DNA of 64,000 bases from Rhodospirillales bacterium (GTDB lineage Bacteria > Pseudomonadota > Alphaproteobacteria > Rhodospirillales > 2-12-FULL-67-15), in the NCBI GenBank assembly GCA_016872535.1, contig VGZQ01000004.1, forward strand, positions 2,626 through 66,625, read 5' to 3'. Shown here one piece after another: positions 42,680 through 53,371 of this stretch. Under the pieces are notes generated by a model that was not told where the DNA came from, made no database searches, and saw only the letters and a list, made by a program, of their open reading frames with translations. The stretch's first letter is position 1. The number at the start of each line of letters is the position of its first letter. A program made the translations under genes and the position numbers.

Positions 42680-43566
42680 GGGTTGCCCCCCATGAAATCG
42701 AGCAGCAATTTCGCCACCGCATCCGGCGCCTCGCGCGAGGGGAAATGACCGATACCGGCAAGCACTTCGCGCCGGTAGGGCCCCGCGAACCACTTTTCCT
42801 TTCCGGCCGAGGTTTCGGGATGATTGGCGCCGTCCGAATCGCCGTGAATCACCAACGTCGGCACCGACAGCACCGGCGCTGGCGTCAATGCCTTGTCGTC
42901 CGTCGCATAACACGGATCGCCGGCCGCATGTCCCCAACGATGGCGATAGGAGTGGAGAGTAACCTCGGGCCAGTCGTCGCCGTCGAACGCCTCGGCGGTG
43001 GCCTGAAATTCCGCGTCGTCGAACCATCCGGGCGGCGACCACGTATCCCACATTAGGCGGGCGAAGTTGCGGCGATCCTCGCGCACGGCACGCGCGCCGC
43101 GCTCGGTCGCCATGTACCAATGGTACCAGTAGTTGCGCGCCTGCGCGAGCGATAGGACCTGGTTCGGATCGTTGGTGCCGTAGCCGACCGAAACCATGAC
43201 CAGGCCGCGCGCAATCCCCGGCTTCAGGCCGCAGGCGTTAGCGGCGGCGCGCGCGCCCCAATCGTGACCAACGAGATAGGGCCGATCAAGACGCAGCGCC
43301 GAGATGAATTCGATCAGGTCGCGGCCCAAAGCGGCGAGCTGGCCCGAGCGCATGGTGTCGGCCGACAGAAACCGGGTCGGCGCGAAGCCGCGGAGCGCCG
43401 GCACGATCACCCAATAGCCGGCATCGGCCAGCCTGGGCGCCACCTGGCGCCAGCAGCGGGTGCTGTCGGGCCAGCCGTGCAGCAGCATCACGACCCGTCC
43501 GGAAGTTTCGTTCCAATCCTCGTAACCGACCCGCAACACGGGGGTATCCGCGAATTTCACGGTCAT
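42676..43566 (-). CDS. alpha/beta hydrolase (epoxide hydrolase / haloalkane dehalogenase-like)
   Basis: Motifs HGWPD and GHDWGA (Asp nucleophile type), plus a C-terminal His. Confidence 0.85.
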   Translation of the reverse strand: MTVKFADTPVLRVGYEDWNETSGRVVMLLHGWPDSTRCWRQVAPRLADAGYWVIVPALRGFAPTRFLSADTMRSGQLAALGRDLIEFISALRLDRPYLVGHDWGARAAANACGLKPGIARGLVMVSVGYGTNDPNQVLSLAQARNYWYHWYMATERGARAVREDRRNFARLMWDTWSPPGWFDDAEFQATAEAFDGDDWPEVTLHSYRHRWGHAAGDPCYATDDKALTPAPVLSVPTLVIHGDSDGANHPETSAGKEKWFAGPYRREVLAGIGHFPSREAPDAVAKLLLDFMGGNP

Positions 43567-43573
43567 GGCCGCC

Positions 43574-45187
43574 TCAGATGTCTTTCGCCCGTTCGCGCAG
43601 GACGTATTTCTGGATCTTGCCGGTCGAGGTCTTGGGCAACGGCCCGAAAACCACGTAACGCGGCGCCTTGAAGTGGGCCATGCGCTCGCGGCAATAGGCG
43701 ATGATCTCGTCGGCGGCGACGGCGGCCCCCGGCTTCAACGCGACGAACGCACACGGCGTTTCGCCCCACTTGGCGTCCGGTTTCGCCACCACCGCCGCTT
43801 CCATCACCGCCGGGTGGCGATAGAGCTTTTCCTCGATCTCCAGGCTGGAGATGTTTTCGCCGCCCGAGATGATCACGTCCTTGGCGCGGTCCTTGATCTC
43901 CATGTAGCCGTCGGGGTGCATGACGCCCAAATCGCCGGTACGGAACCAGCCGCCGCGAAACGCCGCCGCCGTCGCCGTCGGGTTCTTGAGATAGCCCTTC
44001 ATCACCGTGTGCCCGCGCACCACCACCTCGCCCAGGGACTGCCCGTCGGCGGGCAGAAGCGCATCGCCCGCCGCGTCGGCCACGGCCAGCTCGCCGAGGG
44101 TAGGATAGGCGACGCCCTGGCGGGCGGCGAGCTTGGCGCGCGCGTCGAGGTCGAGCGCCGACCACTCGTCGTGCCAGGCGCACAAAGACGCCGGGCCGAA
44201 GGTTTCGGTCAGGCCGTAAAGATGAGTCACGTCGAAACCCATTGCCTCCATCGCCGCGATCACCGCCGACGGCGGCGCGGCGCCTCCGGTCGCCACCTTG
44301 ACCCGCTGCGCGAACGCCGTCTTGGCTTCGGCCGGCGCGTGAATCAAAGTATTGAGCACGATCGGCGCGCCGCACAGGTGGGTCACTTTTTCGTCGCGGA
44401 TCAGGCGAAAGATCGGAACCGGATCCACCTTGCGCAAACACACGTGCGTGCCCGCGGCCGCGGTCACCGCCCAGGTGTAGGTCCAGCCGTTGCAGTGGAA
44501 CATCGGCAGCGTCCAGAGATAGACCGTCCGGCGGTCGAGCCCGAACGCCATGACGTTGCCGAGCGCGTTCAGATAGGCGCCGCGGTGGTGATAGACGACG
44601 CCCTTGGGATTGCCCGTCGTTCCCGAGGTGTAGTTGAGGGCGATCGCGCGCCACTCGTCATCGGGAAGTTTCCAGGTGAACGCCGGATCGCCCGAAGCGA
44701 GAAAAGATTCGTAATCGGTCGCGTCGAGGCCGTCGCCGGCGGGACCCGCCGGATCGACCACTTCGACCACGCGCGGCCCGGCCTTGGTCCGGGCGAGCGC
44801 CGCCTTGATCACGCCCGCGAATTCCCGGTCCGCGATCAGAACCTTGGCCTCGCCGTGTTCGAGAATGAAGGCGATGGTTTCGGCGTCGAGCCGGATGTTG
44901 ATGGCGTTCAGCACCGCGCCGGCCAGCGGCACGCCGTAGTGCGCCTCGAGCAGCGCCGGAATATTGGGCGCCATCACCGCGACCGTATCGCCCGCGCTTA
45001 TGCCGGCCCGTCCAAGGGCCGAGGCGAGGCGCGCGCAACGCTCCCGGAACCGGCGATAGGAATAGCGCGCGGTCCCGTGCACCACGGCGGTCTTCTCCGG
45101 GTAGACGGCGGCCGCCCAGGCGAGGAAATCGAGCGGGCTCAACGGCCGGAAGTTGGCCGCGCCGCGCCCGAGATCCCGCTCGAACAT
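43574..45187 (-). CDS. AMP-dependent acyl-CoA synthetase/ligase
   Basis: 537 aa with YTSGTTGNPKG, YGLTE, TGDLG and a C-terminal K in TSTGKIQK. Confidence 0.9.
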   Translation of the reverse strand: MFERDLGRGAANFRPLSPLDFLAWAAAVYPEKTAVVHGTARYSYRRFRERCARLASALGRAGISAGDTVAVMAPNIPALLEAHYGVPLAGAVLNAINIRLDAETIAFILEHGEAKVLIADREFAGVIKAALARTKAGPRVVEVVDPAGPAGDGLDATDYESFLASGDPAFTWKLPDDEWRAIALNYTSGTTGNPKGVVYHHRGAYLNALGNVMAFGLDRRTVYLWTLPMFHCNGWTYTWAVTAAAGTHVCLRKVDPVPIFRLIRDEKVTHLCGAPIVLNTLIHAPAEAKTAFAQRVKVATGGAAPPSAVIAAMEAMGFDVTHLYGLTETFGPASLCAWHDEWSALDLDARAKLAARQGVAYPTLGELAVADAAGDALLPADGQSLGEVVVRGHTVMKGYLKNPTATAAAFRGGWFRTGDLGVMHPDGYMEIKDRAKDVIISGGENISSLEIEEKLYRHPAVMEAAVVAKPDAKWGETPCAFVALKPGAAVAADEIIAYCRERMAHFKAPRYVVFGPLPKTSTGKIQKYVLRERAKDI

Positions 45188-45316
45188 GTCCCCCGTCACG
45201 AACTTGCCCCCATGAATTGCCGCCACGAGGGTAGCGTCTTTTTTCGCCGTCGGCCAAGGGCGGCCCTTGACGACAGAATGGGCGCGAGGGCACGGTTGAA
45301 CGGCGAGAGAACCGCC

Positions 45317-46141
45317 ATGATCCGTCTTTTCGTCTTTATCCTTGCCGCCGCCGTGGCGACACCCGCCGCCGCGCAGGCCCCGGCGCCGCCGGCCGCACCG
45401 GAGCCGACGTTTCCGAAGCCCGGTACCGTATTCCGCGATTGCCCCGCCTGCCCGGAGATGGTCGTGGTGCCGCCCGGCATTTTCATCATGGGCTCGGCCA
45501 AGGGCGAAAAACACGAGAAACCGACCAAGCCGGTGCGGATCGCCAAGGCGTTCGCCATCGGCAAGTACGAAGTCACTTTCGACGAATGGGAAGCGTGCGT
45601 GCGCGAAGTCGGCTGCGGCGCGGTGCCCAACGACCACGGCTGGGGCAAGGGCCGCCGCCCGGTCATGAACGTCGAATTCGATACCGCCAAGCAATACACG
45701 CGCTGGCTCACGAAAAAAACCGGGCATGTTTATCGCCTGCCTTCGGAAGCGGAATGGGAATACGCGGCCCGCGCCGGCACCACCAGCGAGTTCCCGTGGG
45801 GCGATACGATGGAGCCTAACCGGGCCAATTGCCGCGAATGCGGTACCGAATGGAGCGGCGCCAAGACCGCGCCGGTCGGCTCGTTCCCACCCAACGCCTG
45901 GGGACTGCACGACTTCAACGGCAACGTCTGGGAATGGACCGAGGACTGCTGGAACCCCGACCATGAGGGCGCGACCGGCAACACCCAACCGCGCGTTTCG
46001 GGCGAATGCCATTTCCGCGTGATGCGCGGCGGGTCGTGGTACTATTTCGGGCGACTGTCGCGCAGCAGCTATCGCTTCAAGAACGCCGCCGAAGTGAAAA
46101 GCTACAACATCGGCTTCCGCGTCTTGCGGGATCTTCAGTAA
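45317..46141 (+). CDS. secreted formylglycine-generating-enzyme (SUMF1/FGE) family protein
   Basis: Signal peptide, then motifs RLPSEAEWEYAARAG, GNVWEW and RGGSW. Confidence 0.85.
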   Translation: MIRLFVFILAAAVATPAAAQAPAPPAAPEPTFPKPGTVFRDCPACPEMVVVPPGIFIMGSAKGEKHEKPTKPVRIAKAFAIGKYEVTFDEWEACVREVGCGAVPNDHGWGKGRRPVMNVEFDTAKQYTRWLTKKTGHVYRLPSEAEWEYAARAGTTSEFPWGDTMEPNRANCRECGTEWSGAKTAPVGSFPPNAWGLHDFNGNVWEWTEDCWNPDHEGATGNTQPRVSGECHFRVMRGGSWYYFGRLSRSSYRFKNAAEVKSYNIGFRVLRDLQ

Positions 46142-46165
46142 CCGCCGCGCGCGTGAATTAAAAGG

Positions 46166-46780
46166 CTACTTCTTATCGCCGGTGAGCTGGTCGAGCTGGC
46201 GCTGCATGCGATCAAGCTTGGCGCGCAAGTCCTCGATCTCGGCCTCGCCGCCCTTCGTTTTTTCGCCCGCCGTGTCTTTGCCCGCCGGGGCGCGGCCCTG
46301 TTCGCCGGGGAAGAATGGCGTAAACATCTTCATGGCGTTTTCGAACAGCGCCATGTTCTGCTTGCCCATCTCCTCGAAACGGCCGAACGGCATCAGGCCG
46401 CTGAAGGCGTCGCGCATGTAGGTGCGCATCTGCTCCTGATTGCGGGCGAACGCCTGCATGCTGTAGTCGAGATAGCGCGGCACGATCGCCTGCAAGGAAT
46501 CGCCGTAGAAACTGATCAGGTGGCGCAGGAAGCTGAGCGGCAGCAGGTTCTGGCCCTTGGCCTCTTCCTCGACGATGATGTGGGTCAACACCTGACGGGT
46601 GATGTCCTCGCCGGTCTTGGCGTCGTAGACGGCGAAATCCGCTCCGTCCTTCACCATCTGGGCGAGATGATCGAGGGTGACATAGGTGCTGGTCGCGGTG
46701 TTGTAGAGCCGCCGGTTGGCGTATTTCTTGATCGTGATCGGCGGCACTTCTTTCGGCGGCGCAGCGGCGGGTTCGGCCAT
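46166..46780 (-). CDS. phaR: polyhydroxyalkanoate synthesis repressor PhaR
   Basis: Opens IKKYANRRLYNT and shows the PhaR pattern along its length. phaA and phaB lie nearby. Confidence 0.9.
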   Translation of the reverse strand: MAEPAAAPPKEVPPITIKKYANRRLYNTATSTYVTLDHLAQMVKDGADFAVYDAKTGEDITRQVLTHIIVEEEAKGQNLLPLSFLRHLISFYGDSLQAIVPRYLDYSMQAFARNQEQMRTYMRDAFSGLMPFGRFEEMGKQNMALFENAMKMFTPFFPGEQGRAPAGKDTAGEKTKGGEAEIEDLRAKLDRMQRQLDQLTGDKK

Positions 46781-46834
46781 CGGCGGGATCCTTGCCGTTT
46801 CAACGTTAGCCCTTACATAAAAGGGGCAAACATG

Positions 46835-46845
46835 CTGCAATGCAA
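46835..46845. promoter_or_regulatory. candidate PhaR operator
   Basis: CTGC-AAT-GCAA is a 7/8 match to the CTGC-N3-GCAG site I recall for Rhodobacter PhaR. It is flanked by AACAT...ATGTT, 55 nt upstream of phaR and 137 nt upstream of the divergent ORF. Confidence 0.3.
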
Positions 46846-46981
46846 GAAATGTTACGCCGCCGCAAACGGTCCGCTATAGTGGCCGACAACCGGGCGGACA
46901 AAGGCCGATATTCCGGCCGTCCCGTCCCGGATTAACCAAGATCTTCCTTCTCGCGCCCGCGCCCCGCCCGGAGCCCGCACC

Positions 46982-47338
46982 ATGGCCGATACGCCCAACC
47001 CCGAAGACCTCGCCAAGCTCTACCTCGAATTCTGGCAACGCCCGTTGGCCGGTCTCACGCGTGATCCCCAGGTCGCGGAAAGCATCGCTCGCATGTTCGA
47101 TCTGATGACCGCCGGCGCCGCCACTTTTGCCAAGGTGGTCGCCGGTCAGGCCGAGGGCCAGGGTGGCGCCCAAGGAACGTCCGTTCCGGCCGAGCCCGCG
47201 CGCGCCGATACCCGGCTTGATCAAATCGCAAGGCGGGTTGCCGAACTCGAACGCCGCGTCGCCCGGCTCGAGCCGCGCGCTTCGGCCCGCCGGTCCGGAA
47301 CCCCATCCCGACCCCGCCGTCCGCGCCGGCCCGGTTGA
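46982..47338 (+). CDS. hypothetical protein in the pha cluster (possible granule-associated protein)
   Basis: 118-aa ORF between phaR and phaA. Helical N-half ([16 protein letters not shown]...), coiled C-part and a basic tail. No family recognised. Confidence 0.45.
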   Translation: MADTPNPEDLAKLYLEFWQRPLAGLTRDPQVAESIARMFDLMTAGAATFAKVVAGQAEGQGGAQGTSVPAEPARADTRLDQIARRVAELERRVARLEPRASARRSGTPSRPRRPRRPG

Positions 47339-47402
47339 CCCATATCAAGGATCTACAACCCGCGTCGCCGTCACATACGCGACCCTCAGGAGGACCTCCA
47401 CC

Positions 47403-48578
47403 ATGACCGACATCGTCATCGCCGGCGCCGTTCGTACCCCGATCGGTTCGTTCAACGGCGCACTCGCGTCCCTTTCCGCCCACGCGCTCGGCCAGATCGC
47501 CATCGTCGAGGCGATGAAACGCGCGAAGGTGGAGCCCGCCGACGTGGACGAAGTGGTCATGGGCCAGATCCTGATGGCGGGCGAAGGCCAGAACCCGGCC
47601 CGCCAGGCCGCCGTCGGCGCCGGCATTCCGGTCGAGAAAACGGCCTATGGCATCAATCAACTGTGCGGCTCGGGCTTGCGCTCGGTCGCGCTCGGCTTCC
47701 AGGCAATCAAGCTCGGCGATGCCCGTATCGTCGTCGCCGGCGGCCAGGAAAGCATGAGCCAGTCGCCGCACTGCACGCACCTGCGCAACGGCACCAAGAT
47801 GGGCGCGGCCGAACTGGTCGACACCATGATCAAGGATGGCCTGTGGGACGCCTTCAACGGCTACCACATGGGCAACACCGCCGAAAACGTCGCCAAGCGC
47901 TGGCAGATCACCCGCGAGGACCAGGATTCCTTCGCCGCCGCCTCGCAGCAAAAGGCGGAAGCCGCGCAGAAGGCCGGACGCTTCAAGGACGAAATCGTCC
48001 CCGTGGTCATCAAGGGCCGCAAGGGCGACACCGTAGTTACCGACGACGAATACCCGAAGCACGGCACCACCGTCGAATCGCTGGCCAAGCTCCGGCCCGC
48101 GTTCGACAAGGAAGGCACCGTGACGGCGGGCAACGCGTCCGGCATCAACGACGGCGCGGCGGCCGCGGTCCTGATGACCGCCGACGAAGCCAAGCGCCGC
48201 GGCATCAAGCCGCTCGCGCGCATCGTTTCCTGGGCGACGGCAGGCGTCGATCCCGCAATCATGGGCACCGGGCCGATTCCGGCGAGCCGCAAGGCGCTGG
48301 AAAAGGCGGGCTGGAAAGTCCAGGACCTCGATCTGATCGAGGCCAACGAGGCCTTCGCCGCCCAGGCGATTTCGGTCAACCGCGAGCTCGGGCTCGACAC
48401 CGGTAAGGTCAACGTCAACGGCGGCGCGATCGCGCTCGGCCACCCGATCGGCGCGTCGGGCGCGCGGGTGCTGGTGACGCTGCTGCACGAAATGAACCGT
48501 CGCGGCGCGAAAAAGGGCCTCGCCACGCTCTGCATCGGCGGCGGCATGGGCATCGCCATGTGCCTGCAGCGCGACTGA
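47403..48578 (+). CDS. phaA: acetyl-CoA acetyltransferase (beta-ketothiolase)
   Basis: 391 aa with [11 protein letters not shown] (active Cys), [15 protein letters not shown] and CIGGGMG. Confidence 0.9.
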   Translation: MTDIVIAGAVRTPIGSFNGALASLSAHALGQIAIVEAMKRAKVEPADVDEVVMGQILMAGEGQNPARQAAVGAGIPVEKTAYGINQLCGSGLRSVALGFQAIKLGDARIVVAGGQESMSQSPHCTHLRNGTKMGAAELVDTMIKDGLWDAFNGYHMGNTAENVAKRWQITREDQDSFAAASQQKAEAAQKAGRFKDEIVPVVIKGRKGDTVVTDDEYPKHGTTVESLAKLRPAFDKEGTVTAGNASGINDGAAAAVLMTADEAKRRGIKPLARIVSWATAGVDPAIMGTGPIPASRKALEKAGWKVQDLDLIEANEAFAAQAISVNRELGLDTGKVNVNGGAIALGHPIGASGARVLVTLLHEMNRRGAKKGLATLCIGGGMGIAMCLQRD

Positions 48579-48615
48579 TCGACAGACAAAAAACGCCAGG
48601 TACGGGGAGTGTAAT

Positions 48616-49341
<726 letters not shown>

Positions 49342-49345
49342 CCCG

Positions 49346-50377
49346 ATGCGCGTGGTTTGCGCGGCCGTTCTGATCGGCACGGCCGCCGGCGCGGCGACCT
49401 TCGCGCTCGCTCAAGAAAATCGCGCACCGCATGTTCTGACCGAGCGGTTGTCGGAAGGCGTGGCGCGCGTGTACGCCGCGCCGACGGCCACGGGAATCGG
49501 CGTATTTGTTCAAAGCGCCAAGGAACGCGCCTTTCGCATTCGCTTGGCCGATGATGGCGCGCTCCGACTTGTCGACGCGCCACCGCCGCCCCCGGACCGG
49601 GTCGAGGCCGGCATACTGCCCGATGGCGCGATTACGCGCGGCGCGCGCAACATCCGCGCCGCGTGGCTGGTCGGTGCGACCGATCGCTACGCCCACGGCG
49701 TGCTCGGCGACGCGATCGAGGCCGAAGGCGTCGCCGTCGAGACCGCCGACGGCCGGCGCCTCGAATTCCGCCTGCCCGCCGATTCCGTCTTCGAAGACCG
49801 TTATCCCCGGCTCGCCGACATCGACGGCGATGGGGAGGACGAGGTCATTGTCGTACGATCTTATCTCGATCACGGCGCGGCGCTGACGGTGCTCAAGGCG
49901 CGGCCGGAAGGTTTGTCCATCGTCGCCCAAACGCCCGCGCTCGGGCTCCGCAACCGCTGGCTCAACCCCGTCGGCGCCGCTGATTTCGACGGCGACGGCC
50001 GGATCGAGGTCGCGCTGGTGGAAACCCCACACATCGGCGGAGTGCTTAAACTGTACCGCTGGAACAAGGACCGATTGTCGCTCGTGGCAGAGTTGCCGGG
50101 CGTTTCCAACCACGTCCTCGGTTCGCGCGCGCTGGGGCTATCCGCAATCTTCGACGCCGATGGCGACGGCCGGCCCGATATTCTGGTGCCCGATCGATCG
50201 CGCCGAACGCTCGTGATTTTTCGTTTCACGGATGGCCGCTTGGAAAGAATGACCGAGGTCGCCCATCCGAGTCCGATCGTATCCGACTTCGTGGTGGCCG
50301 ACCTGGGCGACGGGCGCTCTCGCATCGTCTATGCCTTGGCGGACGGAACCGTAGTCGCCGTCGGCTTTGCCCCATGA
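49346..50377 (+). CDS. secreted FG-GAP/VCBS repeat protein
   Basis: Signal peptide, then four DxDxDG-type repeats: DIDGDGEDEVIV, ADFDGDGRIEVAL, FDADGDGRPDILV and ADLGDGRSRIV. Confidence 0.7.
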   Translation: MRVVCAAVLIGTAAGAATFALAQENRAPHVLTERLSEGVARVYAAPTATGIGVFVQSAKERAFRIRLADDGALRLVDAPPPPPDRVEAGILPDGAITRGARNIRAAWLVGATDRYAHGVLGDAIEAEGVAVETADGRRLEFRLPADSVFEDRYPRLADIDGDGEDEVIVVRSYLDHGAALTVLKARPEGLSIVAQTPALGLRNRWLNPVGAADFDGDGRIEVALVETPHIGGVLKLYRWNKDRLSLVAELPGVSNHVLGSRALGLSAIFDADGDGRPDILVPDRSRRTLVIFRFTDGRLERMTEVAHPSPIVSDFVVADLGDGRSRIVYALADGTVVAVGFAP

Positions 50378-51264
50378 CGACCGAAATCCGCCGCGCCACC
50401 CTGGTCGGTTCGGGCGCGATCCTGCTGTGGTCGGCGCTGACGCTGCTGGTCACGTTCGTGCCCGGCGTGCCGCCGTTCCAGCTGGTCGCGCTCACGTTCC
50501 TGATCGGCTCGGTCGTGGTTCTGCTCAAGTGGTATATGGCCGGGCAATGCACGATCGAGCGGCTGATCCACCCCTGGCGCGTCTGGCTGCTCGGCGTCGG
50601 CGGGATTTTCGGCTATCACGCGTTCTATTTCGCCGCGCTCTATCTTGCGCCGCCCTTGGAAACGAGCCTGATCAACTACCTCTGGCCGCTCCTGATCGTG
50701 CTCTTTTCCGCCCTGCTCCCCGGCGAGCGGCTGCGCTGGTTCCACGGTCTCGGCGCGGCGCTCGGCCTCGCCGGCACCGCGATCCTGGTCGCGGGCGACC
50801 GGAAGCTGGCGTTCGCCTCCGAACACTTCGCCGGCTACGCCTGCGCGCTCGGCGCCGCCGTGACCTGGGCGGCCTATTCGGTGCTGTCCCGGCGCGTCGC
50901 GAGCGTGCCGAGCGATTCGGTCGGCGGCTTCATGGCCGCGACCGCGTTCCTAGCTTTCGTCATTCACGCGAATTTCGAAACCACGGTCTGGCCGCAAGGC
51001 ACGCTGGCCTGGACCGCCGTCGTCCTGCTCGGCCTGGGCCCACTCGGCGCCGCCTTTTTCCTCTGGGATCACGGGGTCAAGCGCGGCGACATCCGCGTGC
51101 TCGGCGCCGCGTCCTATGCCGCGCCGCTGATCTCGACCCTGCTGCTGGTCGCCTTCGGCCGGGGCGAGGCGAGCGGCCGGGTCGTTATCGCGCTGGGATT
51201 GATCGTTGGCGGCGCCGCGCTCGCGGCCAAGGACATGCTGTTCGCGAGGCGGACCGGTATTTAA
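50374..51264 (+). CDS. EamA/DMT family transporter
   Basis: 296 aa with 10 hydrophobic helices in two EamA halves. ATGA overlap with the upstream gene. Confidence 0.8.
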   Translation: MTTEIRRATLVGSGAILLWSALTLLVTFVPGVPPFQLVALTFLIGSVVVLLKWYMAGQCTIERLIHPWRVWLLGVGGIFGYHAFYFAALYLAPPLETSLINYLWPLLIVLFSALLPGERLRWFHGLGAALGLAGTAILVAGDRKLAFASEHFAGYACALGAAVTWAAYSVLSRRVASVPSDSVGGFMAATAFLAFVIHANFETTVWPQGTLAWTAVVLLGLGPLGAAFFLWDHGVKRGDIRVLGAASYAAPLISTLLLVAFGRGEASGRVVIALGLIVGGAALAAKDMLFARRTGI

Positions 51265-51881
51265 CCGGTCGAATCTTTCGCCCGGGTCGCGATCATGGAC
51301 GGGCGCTGGGCGAACGCCGCATGCCATTCGGCCAGTCGCGGCCTTCCTTCGCGCCAGTTCAGGAACCCGAACCGGAAATCGAGATAGCCGAGCGCGCAGG
51401 CGATGGCGATCGCGCCGATGTCCGGCGGCGCGGCGAGGGCGGGCGGCTCGCGTTCCAGCGCATCCAGCGCGCGCACGATCGCGCCCTGCTGACGCTCGAC
51501 CCAGCCCGGGGTCGGGCCCTGCTCCTTGCGCTGGGTGATCTCGACCCGCCACAGCACCGCCGCGTCCATGACGCCGTCGCCGAGCGACTGGGTCCGCAGC
51601 GCGAGCCAGCGCGCGCGCCCTTCGGGCGGAAAGAGGCGCGGCGCATCGCCCAACGTATCGAGGTATTCGCAAATCACCGCCGAATCGTAGAGCGCGAGGC
51701 CGTCCTCGGTCACCAGCGTCGGGATCTTGCCGAGCGGGTTGAGGGCCTTGAGGTCGTCCGGCGCCGCCCAGGGATTGGAAGCGATTTCACGAAAGCGGCC
51801 GGTCAGGCCGCGCTCGTGCGCGGCGACCCGCACTTTGCGGGCATAAGGCGAGCTTGGCGAAAAGCGGAGAACCAAGGCCAT
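51261..51881 (-). CDS. glutathione S-transferase
   Basis: 206 aa from ATG 51881. SPYARKV...LGKIPTL...LYDSAVICEYL is a GST N-domain. Paralogue of the next gene. Confidence 0.8.
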   Translation of the reverse strand: MALVLRFSPSSPYARKVRVAAHERGLTGRFREIASNPWAAPDDLKALNPLGKIPTLVTEDGLALYDSAVICEYLDTLGDAPRLFPPEGRARWLALRTQSLGDGVMDAAVLWRVEITQRKEQGPTPGWVERQQGAIVRALDALEREPPALAAPPDIGAIAIACALGYLDFRFGFLNWREGRPRLAEWHAAFAQRPSMIATRAKDSTG

Positions 51882-51910
51882 GGCGGGGAAACCGGGGCGT
51901 CGACGACCGT

Positions 51911-52519
51911 TCAGGCCGGGTCCTTCGGCACCGTCTTCGTCATCGACGGCCGCCCGGCGAACGCCGCGTACCATGCCGCGAGCGTCGGCCGGCCCTGCCG
52001 CCAATCGTCGCCGGGGAAGCGGAAATCGAACCAGCCGAGCGCGCAACCGATGGCCACATGGCCGATGGTCACGCTCGCGCCGAGGTTCGACGCTTCCTCC
52101 TCCAGCGTGTCCATGGCGCGCGCGACTGCCGCCCGTTGGCGGTCGATCCAGGACGCCGAACGCTCCGGCTCCTTACGCATCGATTCGAGCCGGCGGAGGA
52201 TGCCGGCGTCGAGCATGCCGTCGGCGAGCGCCTGGCGCCGAAGCGCGGTCCAGCGCGCGCCGCCGGACGCCGGGAAGATTTTCGCGCCGTCGTGAAGCGA
52301 ATCGAGGTATTCGCAAATCACCGGCGAATCGTAGAGCACTTCGCCGCCGTCGGTGGTCAGCGCCGGCACCTTGCCGAGCGGGTTGTCGCGGCCGATGTCG
52401 GTGTCGCTGGCCCAAACGTTGGTCGGCACCAGCCCGATCCGGCCGACGAGGCCGGTTTCATGGGCGACGACCATGACTTTGCGCACATAGGGCGACGTGG
52501 GCGAATAGCGAAGTTTCAT
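51911..52519 (-). CDS. glutathione S-transferase (tandem paralogue)
   Basis: 202 aa with SPYVRKV...LGKVPAL...LYDSPVICEYL. Co-linear with 51261-51881. Confidence 0.85.
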   Translation of the reverse strand: MKLRYSPTSPYVRKVMVVAHETGLVGRIGLVPTNVWASDTDIGRDNPLGKVPALTTDGGEVLYDSPVICEYLDSLHDGAKIFPASGGARWTALRRQALADGMLDAGILRRLESMRKEPERSASWIDRQRAAVARAMDTLEEEASNLGASVTIGHVAIGCALGWFDFRFPGDDWRQGRPTLAAWYAAFAGRPSMTKTVPKDPA

Positions 52520-52623
52520 ATGCGGTTCCTCCCGGAGGGACGGACGCTAACATCGCCCACCCGCCCCGCCAAGCCCGCGCCGCCCGGGTCGAAGGTGGCC
52601 GCCGCCCCTGCTAGACTGAACCT

Positions 52624-53343
52624 ATGCGCTCCGACGTGATCGACCTCAGGGATTTCTACGCCACCGGCCTCGGCATGGCGGCCAAGCGCGTCGTCGGCCA
52701 GCGCCTGCGCGAAATGTGGCCGGACGTGCGCGGCATGACGGTGGTCGGGCTCGGCTATGCCCCGCCGTTTCTCGGGGCCTTCCGCGCCGAGGCGGCCCGG
52801 GTCATCGCCGCCATGCCGGCTTCGCAAGGGGTGCTGCATTGGCCGCGCGAGGGCGCCGGCCAGACGACGCTGGTCGAGGAAACCGAGTTGCCTTTCGCCG
52901 ATCTCTCGGTCGATCGGATGGTGCTGGCCCACTGCCTCGAAACCGCCGAGCAAATCCGGCCCTTGATGCGCGAAATCTGGCGGGTTCTGACCGGCGACGG
53001 GCGCCTTCTGGTGATCGCGCCGAACCGCCGCGGTTTGTGGGCGCGCTTCGAGCATACGCCGTTCGGCCACGGCCGGCCGTATTCGCCCGGCCAGCTCAAT
53101 CGGCTGCTGCGCGATTCCATGTTCACGCCGACGCGCGCGGAATCGGCGCTCTATCTGCCGCCGGTCGTCTGGCGCATGGCGCCGGCCGCCGCGCCGGCGT
53201 GGGAGCGCCTCGGCGCGTGGGGCCTGTCCGCTTTCGCGGGCGTGGTGATGATCGAGGCGTCGAAACAAATCTACGCCGCGCAACCGCTGTTGAAGGCGCG
53301 CGCCCGCGCCGTCCCAGCCGCCATCCGCCCCCACGGAATATAA
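52624..53343 (+). CDS. class I SAM-dependent methyltransferase-like protein
   Basis: 239 aa with VVGLGYA (degenerate motif I), LPFADLSVDRMVLAHCLE and GRLLVIAPN. Confidence 0.7.
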   Translation: MRSDVIDLRDFYATGLGMAAKRVVGQRLREMWPDVRGMTVVGLGYAPPFLGAFRAEAARVIAAMPASQGVLHWPREGAGQTTLVEETELPFADLSVDRMVLAHCLETAEQIRPLMREIWRVLTGDGRLLVIAPNRRGLWARFEHTPFGHGRPYSPGQLNRLLRDSMFTPTRAESALYLPPVVWRMAPAAAPAWERLGAWGLSAFAGVVMIEASKQIYAAQPLLKARARAVPAAIRPHGI

Positions 53344-53371
53344 GATCGGCGTACGAGCGCGGCGCGGCAAC

